From a virus (lineage: Duplodnaviria; Caudoviricetes): a DNA stretch of 34,354 nucleotides. Position 1 is the stretch's first letter; each line of letters starts with the position of its first letter. The position numbers and the translations under genes were made by a program. The notes under the pieces are model-generated. The model was not told the origin of the DNA, made no database searches, and saw only the letters and a list, made by a program, of their open reading frames with translations. Shown here piece after piece: positions 1-5,959 of this stretch. Where the stretch lies: IMG/VR virus record IMGVR_UViG_3300028610_002076, positions 1 to 34,354 of that record. One strand, given 5' to 3'.

Positions 1-183
1 AAAGATAGAATATTAACAAATAAGCATTTAATGAAATTATATATAGAAAAGAAATTGACAGCTGATGATGTTGCTGCAGTTTTAGAATGCTCTCCAGATT
101 ATGTTCAAAATTGGCTAATAGATAAATGGAAGACAAATCCAGAATATGAAGAAATTAGTAAAGAAGTCAAACAACAAGTGTAA
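1..183 (+). CDS. 3' end of an HTH-containing protein (possibly small terminase or other DNA-binding protein), truncated by the window edge
   Basis: Frame 1 is open from base 1 to TAA 181-183: KDRILTNKHLMKLYIEKKLTADDVAAVLECSPDYVQNWLIDKW..., an HTH-like 'LT.DDVA.VL.CS..YV..W' pattern. Not in the ORF track. Confidence 0.55.
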   Translation, partial: KDRILTNKHLMKLYIEKKLTADDVAAVLECSPDYVQNWLIDKWKTNPEYEEISKEVKQQV

Positions 184-361
184 AAAGTGTAAATTTGGTT
201 ATCTATACAATTCTATGATTTCTTCAAAACGATTTATGTGGCTAGAAAAATGCACTAGTTGTGATTTTAAAAAGGAACATGGGGAAAGAAGGAAGAAAAT
301 GAGAAATGACGAAAGTTCTAGACCAAGAAAAACAAAAGATGAAGAAGGGGATGTAAGATGA
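146..361 (+). CDS. small Zn-ribbon-like protein
   Basis: 71 aa with CKKC and CTSC pairs; overlaps the upstream ORF. Confidence 0.5.
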   Translation: MKKLVKKSNNKCKKCKFGYLYNSMISSKRFMWLEKCTSCDFKKEHGERRKKMRNDESSRPRKTKDEEGDVR

Positions 362-499
362 AAGATAGTATAAGTAGTAAAATGATAGATAAACAAGGCG
401 AAAGTTAAAATGAAACCAATAGGAGCGTAAAATGGGAGCAGGAGATGGTTCTTGAAATAAAGGACGAAGGATAAAATGAAAGAAAGTATAGGAAGTTAA
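339..499 (+). repeat. tandem array of coupled minigenes (stop-N-start junctions)
   Basis: MKKGM* 339-356, MKDSISSKMIDKQGES* 358-408, MKPIGA* 410-430, MGAGDGS* 432-455, (ATA)KDEG* 457-474, MKESIGS* 476-499. Each starts exactly 1 nt after the previous stop. Confidence 0.6.
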
Positions 500-516
500 A
501 AATACTTTTACCAAAA

Positions 517-592
517 TGCGGATGGCTAGGACTGGTGTTCTGAAGTGTCTCATAAGCACTTAACGTGAGTTCGATTCTCATGTCCGCTTCCA
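517..592 (+). tRNA. tRNA-Met(CAT) (or Ile2)
   Basis: Acceptor (T)GCGGAT/GTCCGC(T) with a U1:U72 mismatch; anticodon arm AGTGT-CTCATAA-GCACT; T arm GTGAG-TTCGATT-CTCAT; encoded CCA 590-592. Confidence 0.85.
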
Positions 593-666
593 CAGAGATT
601 AGGATAGTGGCAGTCCATATGGTTTGGGACCATAGGGCAGTGGTTCGATTCCACTATTTCTGACCA
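593..666 (+). tRNA. tRNA-Pro(TGG)
   Basis: Acceptor CAGAGAT/ATTTCTG; anticodon arm TATGG-TTTGGGA-CCATA; GGTTCGATTCC; ACCA end. Confidence 0.93.
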
Positions 667-779
667 GGCAAGTAACGGACAAGGCTGTAGCAATTGAGGG
701 TTTTCTAGAAATCTGGAATAAATAACTTGAAACCAATAGTTATCTCAATTGATGGGTAGCGAGTGGTTACTTGTCACCA
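667..779 (+). ncRNA. CCA-terminated structured non-tRNA RNA A (113 nt)
   Basis: Exactly fills the gap between tRNA-Pro and tRNA-Trp. 10-bp terminal stem GGCAAGTAAC(667-676)/GTTACTTGTC(766-775) followed by A-CCA; inner helices GCTGT/GTAGC, CAATTGAG/CTCAATTG and ATAACT/AGTTAT. Confidence 0.7.
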
Positions 780-853
780 AGGAGTTTAGTGTAGTGGCAA
801 CACATCTGTCTCCAAAACAGCTGATGTGGGTTCGATTCCTACAACTCCTGCCA
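780..853 (+). tRNA. tRNA-Trp(CCA)
   Basis: Acceptor AGGAGTT/AACTCCT; anticodon arm CTGT-CTCCAAA-ACAG; GGTTCGATTCC; GCCA end. Confidence 0.93.
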
Positions 854-885
854 CTTTACGTACTTTTACGTAGTTTTACGTACCA
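854..885 (+). repeat. 3x 10-bp tandem repeat (TTTACGTA) spacer ending in CCA
   Basis: CTTTACGTA-CTTTTACGTA-GTTTTACGTA-CCA; each unit carries the palindrome TACGTA. Confidence 0.85.
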
Positions 886-961
886 TGAAGGATAGCTCAG
901 ACAGTAGAGCAGTGGTTTGAAGAACCACGTGTCGTGGGTGCGATTCCCTCTCCTTCAGCCA
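886..961 (+). tRNA. tRNA-Phe(GAA)
   Basis: Acceptor TGAAGGA/TCCTTCA; anticodon arm GTGGT-TTGAAGA-ACCAC; T loop TGCGATT; GCCA end. Confidence 0.9.
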
Positions 962-1035
962 GCGTCTTTATTTCAAAGGCAGAATCTTTGGCTTCCAACC
1001 AGAGGATGAGATTTCGAAATTCTCAAGACGCTCCA
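962..1035 (+). tRNA. tRNA-Gly(TCC)
   Basis: Acceptor GCGTCTT/AAGACGC; anticodon arm TTTGG-CTTCCAA-CCAGA; U73-CCA; atypical T-stem closing pair. Confidence 0.88.
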
Positions 1036-1110
1036 GGCTGTGTAGCCGAGCAGTGAGGCAACTGTCTGCAAAACAGTTCCACGTAGGTGCAAATCCTACC
1101 ACAGTCTCCA
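1036..1110 (+). tRNA. tRNA-Cys(GCA)
   Basis: Acceptor GGCTGTG/CACAGTC; anticodon arm ACTGT-CTGCAAA-ACAGT; U73-CCA. Confidence 0.92.
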
Positions 1111-1185
1111 GGGACTATAGTTTAATTGGGAAAACTCCTGCTTTGCAAGCAAGAATTCTCGGTTCGATTCCGAGTAGCTCCACCA
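1111..1185 (+). tRNA. tRNA-Ala(TGC)
   Basis: Acceptor GGGACTA/TAGCTCC with G3:U70; anticodon loop TTTGCAA; GGTTCGATTCC; ACCA end. Confidence 0.92.
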
Positions 1186-1297
1186 ATAGTTAATAGAGAG
1201 GTTTCCATCGCAATGAGGGTCTGCCCTGAATCCGAGGTTAAATGCATTTAGCCCTAAAAAAAATAATATCGGATACGTCATTGTATTAACTATTCCA
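1186..1297 (+). ncRNA. CCA-terminated structured non-tRNA RNA B (112 nt)
   Basis: Exactly fills the gap between tRNA-Ala and tRNA-Val. Perfect 10-bp terminal stem ATAGTTAATA(1186-1195)/TATTAACTAT(1284-1293) followed by T-CCA; inner helices CAATGA/TCATTG, GGG/CCC, ATCCGA/TCGGAT and GGTTAAA/TTTAGCC. Confidence 0.7.
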
Positions 1298-1371
1298 AGT
1301 CTGTTGGTTCAATAGAAGAACGTCTGGCTTACATCCAGAAAATGAGGGTGCAATTCCTTCACGGACTACCA
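1298..1371 (+). tRNA. tRNA-Val(TAC)
   Basis: Acceptor AGTCTGT/ACGGACT; anticodon arm TCTGG-CTTACAT-CCAGA; T loop TGCAATT; ACCA end. Confidence 0.9.
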
Positions 1372-1443
1372 GCCTTCATAGTTTAACAAGCAAAACTACT
1401 GTTTTGTAAACAGAAGTTGGGTGTGCAAGTCATCCTGTCGGCT
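1372..1443 (+). tRNA. tRNA-Thr(TGT), possibly degenerate
   Basis: Anticodon arm CTGT-TTTGTAA-ACAG; T arm GGGTG-TGCAAGT-CATCC; acceptor GCCTTCA/TGTCGGC has two mismatches; followed by CTG instead of CCA. Confidence 0.72.
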
Positions 1444-1454
1444 CTGAAAAGTAA

Positions 1455-1521
1455 ATCAGGAAATGCCACAACCTGATGAGCTTCACAAGAACGTGGCAAT
1501 AAATCGGAGGTAGAACCCGAT
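1455..1521 (+). promoter_or_regulatory. putative H-type pseudoknot plus SD-occluding hairpin (leader of the 46-aa ORF)
   Basis: ATCAGG(1455-60)/CCTGAT(1472-77); loop TGCCAC(1464-69) pairs with GTGGCA(1493-98); ATCGG(1503-07)/CCGAT(1517-21) overlaps GGAGG and the ATG. Confidence 0.5.
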
Positions 1522-1660
1522 GAAAGAAAAGCTGGAAAAAGCCATCGAATTCCTTGCGGATAAGATGAGTGGTAAAGTTACTGCGGATGAGGCGTTGAAA
1601 TATACGCAAGCTGCATTAAATGCTGCACACGCTTTGAAAGTATTGTCTACGAGAAACTAG
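1520..1660 (+). CDS. small helical hypothetical protein (46 aa)
   Basis: GGAGG SD at 1506-1510; MKEKLEKAIEFLADKMSGKVTADEALKYTQAALNAAHALKVLSTRN*; below the ORF-track cutoff; followed by a terminator. Confidence 0.75.
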   Translation: MKEKLEKAIEFLADKMSGKVTADEALKYTQAALNAAHALKVLSTRN

Positions 1661-1680
1661 ACAAAAATTTTAGAAAATTA

Positions 1681-1713
1681 GAGCTAGTGATTAAGTTCGC
1701 TAGCTCTTTTTTT
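1681..1713 (+). terminator. intrinsic terminator
   Basis: GAGCTAGTGA-TTAAGT-TCGCTAGCTC followed by 7 T. Confidence 0.85.
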
Positions 1714-1722
1714 ATAAATAAA

Positions 1723-2309
1723 AACGAAGGGCTTCTCCTGCCTAAAAAGGAGAAAAAACAGAATGAAAAAAGAAGAAGTAAAAAAGGCTGTTGAGCTTGC
1801 CGAAAAAGAGCTCAAAGAAAAACGAATAAATAAAGTTAAAGAAATTGTTAAAAGAACTTTGGAAGCTATTGATAAAGAAGATGGAATAATTAAAGGAGCT
1901 ACAGAAAGACGTAGAATTTTAAAGATGGATTTAGATGATTTAAAACAAGGTCGTTTAGATAGAATTGAAGAAAGACAAAAGAAAGATCCTAAAGCTGAAA
2001 AAGTAAGTGTTGTCAAAGTTATAAAAGAGATTATCAGGGAAAGAGAAGTTCCTGTTTATCCTATTCCTTACTGGTATCAACCTTATAGATTAGAATGGAA
2101 CCCACCTTATGATCCAAATAGATTTTATTGTAGCACTGATGATGTTGTAACGATGACAGATAGTGCAAATAATTTAACTTTTGCTACAGAAGCTAATGGA
2201 ATAACTATTGATTGTTCAGTAGCTAAAAATTATAGTGCTGGAACTTATAATATTGATGGACAAATAATTAATTTCAGATAATTAATCGTAGGAGAAACCC
2301 TTCGTTCCA
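1723..2309 (+). repeat. 19-nt long-range inverted repeat enclosing ORF 1763-2281, followed by CCA
   Basis: AACGAAGGGCTTCTCCTGC (1723-1741) vs GTAGGAGAAACCCTTCGTT (2288-2306): 17 Watson-Crick pairs, one G-U and one C-A mismatch; CCA at 2307-2309. Confidence 0.8.
1763..2281 (+). CDS. hypothetical protein (coiled-coil N-terminus, Pro/Trp/Tyr-rich middle)
   Basis: 172 aa; AGGAG SD at 1748-1752; codon usage typical of the window. Confidence 0.85.
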   Translation: MKKEEVKKAVELAEKELKEKRINKVKEIVKRTLEAIDKEDGIIKGATERRRILKMDLDDLKQGRLDRIEERQKKDPKAEKVSVVKVIKEIIREREVPVYPIPYWYQPYRLEWNPPYDPNRFYCSTDDVVTMTDSANNLTFATEANGITIDCSVAKNYSAGTYNIDGQIINFR

Positions 2310-2441
2310 ATGAGAGACGAAAAAGCAAGATTTTATAGAGAACTAAATTTAGATAAACCAACAAAGAAACTTTTATATGATTACCAAAAATTTATTAAGA
2401 AAATGAGAAATGATAGGCAAATTAACACCAGAAGAACTTGA
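2310..2441 (+). CDS. small hypothetical protein (43 aa) overlapping the terminase start
   Basis: ATG at 2310, MRDEKARFYRELNLDKPTKKLLYDYQKFIKKMRNDRQINTRRT*; fills the gap before terL. Confidence 0.4.
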   Translation: MRDEKARFYRELNLDKPTKKLLYDYQKFIKKMRNDRQINTRRT

Positions 2442-3996
2442 ATTTGTAGAATCTTTTTACAATCCTATAGCTCAAACAGAATGTTTGTTTAGTGATTTTG
2501 ATAATTTGACATCTATGGAAGGTGAACAATTATCACATGTAAGATTAGGTCAATTACCTTTGCTTTCTTATGAATATTTAATAGATGATAATCCTAAATT
2601 ATCTGAAAAAGAAAACTTTCGATTAAAAAAAGCTGCAGGTGATATTTATGCTTTAGGTGGAAGATTATTTGGTAAAACTTTATGTGTAGAAAAATTGGAT
2701 ATTTTGTTAAATTTGATTAATCCAACTAGTGGAACAAAACTAGGATTTAGTTCTTATGATGCTATACACATAAGAGGTATATTAGAAGATCTTATTCAAG
2801 CTTTAGAACATCATCCATTTTTACGATTATTTAAAGCTATTATTAATAGAAGTCCTAATTATAGAATTGCTATGAAAGGTGTTTTGTTAGAAGGTGTTAA
2901 TATGAATATTGCTGGTAAAAAACCTGGAGCACAATTCTTCCAAAAACATTTTACTAAATTATGGATAGAAGAAGCTAGTTTTGAAACTAGACAAGTTTAT
3001 GCACAACGTAGGGATTCTGTTAGTGAAGATGGTTGTATTTTTAGAATATCAGGAATGACCAATTTCACTAAATATAGTCCATGTGGTCAAGTTTTTTATG
3101 ATATAACTAAAAAAACCTTTATTGTTAATTTACCTCAATATGTAAATCCTAAATGGGATAAAAATGAAGATGCAAAAGCTGTAAAGGATTTTAATGGCAG
3201 ACAAAGCATAAACTATAGAATATTTATTAAAGGTGAAGTTGTTGAAGAAGGTGTTAGTGTTTTTGATATGGAACGTATTCGTAAAAGTTATAATGAAGAA
3301 AAGATTATTAAAACTTTTGAGATAAATAAAAAGAATTTTAATAATTTCCAAGATATTATTGTAGTAGAAAGACCTAGTAATGCTACTAATGTATTTTTAT
3401 TTGCTGATATAGGTGAATCAGCACCATCAGAAGTAGGAATTATTTTTGAGATAAATAAAAAGTATAGATATACTTATAACATAACAATATACAATTTAAC
3501 AGACAAAGAACAATTTAAAATTTTTGAATGGTTAGCTAAACAGATACAAGCTAACTTTATAGCATTAGATTGTACCGATGGTACAGGAAGAGCAATATTT
3601 CGTTCTTTAGAACAAGTATTTTCTAAAGATAATTTAGTTTGGGTTCATTTTGCAGAAAAAATACCTGTAGATTTTGAAACTGATGATAATGGTAATAAAA
3701 AGTTTAAAGATGGAAAACCGATTTACAAAGAGGAATTTGTCGTAGATTGGTCTATAAAACATCTAAAAGATTTGTTTTATGGTGAAAGAATGGAAATGCC
3801 TATGGATTATAAATTTGATTCACAGATGAACAGTGTTATTTCAATGCAGTCAGGCAAAAGAGTTATATACGAATGCATTGCTCAAGAAAATCATACATTT
3901 CAAATGTTTCAAGTATTCAGTATTCTACATTGGTATTGTGAATTTATTATTGTCAAACCTATCGTTGAGAAAACGTTCGGAAAATCTGGCGTTTAG
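2410..3996 (+). CDS. terL: terminase large subunit
   Basis: Walker A GGRLFGKT, Walker B LWIEEAS, motif-III-like ISGMT, RNase H-like FADIG and ALDCTDGTG; lies directly upstream of the portal-sized gene. Confidence 0.9.
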   Translation: MIGKLTPEELEFVESFYNPIAQTECLFSDFDNLTSMEGEQLSHVRLGQLPLLSYEYLIDDNPKLSEKENFRLKKAAGDIYALGGRLFGKTLCVEKLDILLNLINPTSGTKLGFSSYDAIHIRGILEDLIQALEHHPFLRLFKAIINRSPNYRIAMKGVLLEGVNMNIAGKKPGAQFFQKHFTKLWIEEASFETRQVYAQRRDSVSEDGCIFRISGMTNFTKYSPCGQVFYDITKKTFIVNLPQYVNPKWDKNEDAKAVKDFNGRQSINYRIFIKGEVVEEGVSVFDMERIRKSYNEEKIIKTFEINKKNFNNFQDIIVVERPSNATNVFLFADIGESAPSEVGIIFEINKKYRYTYNITIYNLTDKEQFKIFEWLAKQIQANFIALDCTDGTGRAIFRSLEQVFSKDNLVWVHFAEKIPVDFETDDNGNKKFKDGKPIYKEEFVVDWSIKHLKDLFYGERMEMPMDYKFDSQMNSVISMQSGKRVIYECIAQENHTFQMFQVFSILHWYCEFIIVKPIVEKTFGKSGV

Positions 3997-4051
3997 CTCA
4001 TCTCAAATCTTCCTTTTTCTTTTCTGATTATTAAAATGTAAGGAGAAAATT

Positions 4052-5959
4052 ATGGCATTAGAAATAAAAGGCAAAACACAGTCGCTTCGTTGGCTTGCTG
4101 ACCTTTTGTCTTTTTTCCAAGCAGAAACAATTAAAGTACCTACTGATTATAGAAATCAAGTTATAAAAACTAAACAACTTTTAGAAAATGATGTATCAGG
4201 AATAGTAGGAACTATGTTAGATTTTGCTATTCAGTGTGCTTTAGTTGATTATAGAATTGAAACACCTAATGCCAATTTAACTGAAGAATTAAACAATTGG
4301 TTAAAAAAGGTTAATCTAAAAATAAATACTGATGAAGGAGTTAAAAGTATTCCTACAGGTTTAGAATCTTTAGCTAAAGAATATTTTAGGGAAAGATGGA
4401 AAGGTTCTTCTAATTTACTATTAAGAACTTTTTGGGATAAACAAAACAATTTACAATTACCTACTACCCTTTTCTTTATAGATGGTGAAGATATTAAAGT
4501 TAAAAGTAAAAAAGGAAAACAGAGTGCAGTAATATTAGGTGAAGAAAAATATTATTTAAGAATTAATGATGCTGAAAAAGATGATATAAAACTTCCTAGA
4601 TTCAAAGAAGAAATGATATTTGTTCAAAGACCTTACGAAAGTTGGAGTAATTTAATTCCTATTCCTTTCCTTATTAGAAGAGGTCTTTTTCATAATATGA
4701 GTTTTCATAAATTAATGTCTTCTAAAGGTGAATTTATAGTTGGTAAAGCTTTAGAATATTTGTTTGTTATGAAAAAAGGTAGCGAAAAAATGACAATAGA
4801 AGGTAGAGCTGAATTAACTTATAGTGAAGAAGATTTAAAGAAAGTTAGTAAAGATTTACAAAACCTTATACAAAAAAAGAAAAGTGAATCTGGATTACCT
4901 GGTTATGTGACAGGTTTTGATACAGAAATTTCTGAATACATACCTGATTATAAAAAAGCACTTGATGCTGCTATTTATAGTCCCATAGAAAAAAGGTTAT
5001 TATCTGGTTTAGGTTTAATAGAAATTATACAAGGAACAGCTTCTACTAGGAGAGAATCTGTTTTAAATCCAAAACCTTTTGTTTCAGAAATAAAATCAGG
5101 AATAAAAGATTTTAAAACATTACTTCGTGATATAATTCAAATTATTATAGAAAAAAATAGTAAATCTCATCCTAAATGGATGGGAGCTGAAATAAAGATA
5201 GTTTCTAGTCCTGTAAAAGAATTTATTACTCAGGAACTTAGAACAATGCTTCGTAGTATTTATGATAGAGGTGGATTATCTAAAAGAACATTAGTAGAAG
5301 TAGCTGGTGAACAAGATTTTGATGTTGAAGTCCAATATAGAAAAACAGAGAAAAAAGAAGGTCTTGATAAAGCATTATATCCACCTGTAATTCTAAATGT
5401 AGAAAAGGATATTGAACCAAAAAAACCTGTATCAGATGATAAAAAATCTATAGAAAAGAAAAACTTCTTACAAGCTTTAGAAGAAGCTGAATGTCCACAT
5501 TGCAAAGAAATATTTGATTTTGAGTCTCAAGAAGAAATAGAAGTTGGAAAAGTTAAGTGTCCTAATTGTCATAAAGGATTAACAAGGAAGGAATTATTAA
5601 AACTAGAAGAAGCTAAAATTTTTGAAGAAGCTCCTTATACTAATAAGAATTATCCTCCTCAATTAAAAAATCTTCCTGCAGGTGCAAGGTCAATTTGGAT
5701 AGATACATTCAACTCTGTGTATAAACAAACAAAAAATGAAACTCAAGCAAGACAAGCATCATGGAGAAATGTAAAATTGAGATATAAAAAATCTGGTGAT
5801 AGTTGGGTACGTAAATCTAAAGGAGAATTTGAAGAATCTTTACAACAACTTCCTTTAGATGACATTATAGAATTAAAAAAGTTAGATGTGTTAAATAAAC
5901 AAAGCAAGATCTTGGATAGACTTATAAAGGAAGAGGCAAAAGATGAAACTACTGACTAG
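4052..5959 (+). CDS. portal protein with C-terminal Zn ribbon and ChaB domain
   Basis: Follows terL; ~450-aa helical core ending in 'GGLSKRTLVE'; CPHC...CPNC; ChaB-like LPAGARSIWIDTFNS...ASWRNVKLRYKKSGDSW. Confidence 0.8.
   Translation: MALEIKGKTQSLRWLADLLSFFQAETIKVPTDYRNQVIKTKQLLENDVSGIVGTMLDFAIQCALVDYRIETPNANLTEELNNWLKKVNLKINTDEGVKSIPTGLESLAKEYFRERWKGSSNLLLRTFWDKQNNLQLPTTLFFIDGEDIKVKSKKGKQSAVILGEEKYYLRINDAEKDDIKLPRFKEEMIFVQRPYESWSNLIPIPFLIRRGLFHNMSFHKLMSSKGEFIVGKALEYLFVMKKGSEKMTIEGRAELTYSEEDLKKVSKDLQNLIQKKKSESGLPGYVTGFDTEISEYIPDYKKALDAAIYSPIEKRLLSGLGLIEIIQGTASTRRESVLNPKPFVSEIKSGIKDFKTLLRDIIQIIIEKNSKSHPKWMGAEIKIVSSPVKEFITQELRTMLRSIYDRGGLSKRTLVEVAGEQDFDVEVQYRKTEKKEGLDKALYPPVILNVEKDIEPKKPVSDDKKSIEKKNFLQALEEAECPHCKEIFDFESQEEIEVGKVKCPNCHKGLTRKELLKLEEAKIFEEAPYTNKNYPPQLKNLPAGARSIWIDTFNSVYKQTKNETQARQASWRNVKLRYKKSGDSWVRKSKGEFEESLQQLPLDDIIELKKLDVLNKQSKILDRLIKEEAKDETTD

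Noticed and set aside
698-714. Amber suppressor tRNA / TAG recoding suggested by the TT-CTA-GA loop
   Set aside because: Element A has no cloverleaf or T arm. Genes are intact in the standard code, and TAG ends genes normally (1660, 3996, 9692, 17875).
358-885. CRISPR or mini-array interpretation of the short repeats
   Set aside because: The repeats are 7-10 nt with no constant 25-40-nt repeat/spacer structure, and no cas genes are present.
1196-1266. preQ1-I riboswitch look-alike (AGAGGTT...CCCT-AAAAAAA-TAA)
   Set aside because: The segment folds better as the GGTTAAA/TTTAGCC hairpin within element B, the P1/loop geometry does not fit, and no gene follows.
1444-1500. Hammerhead (CTGATGA at 1473-1479) or HDV-like theta ribozyme after the CCA-less tRNA-Thr
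   Set aside because: No GAAA core follows a stem II, and only 2 nt separate the pseudoknot strands where an HDV fold needs P3/L3. Kept only as an unassigned pseudoknot.
1723-2306. Insertion sequence/MITE defined by the inverted repeats
   Set aside because: The enclosed ORF has no transposase motif, there is no target-site duplication, and the G-U pair plus anti-SD content point to RNA structure.
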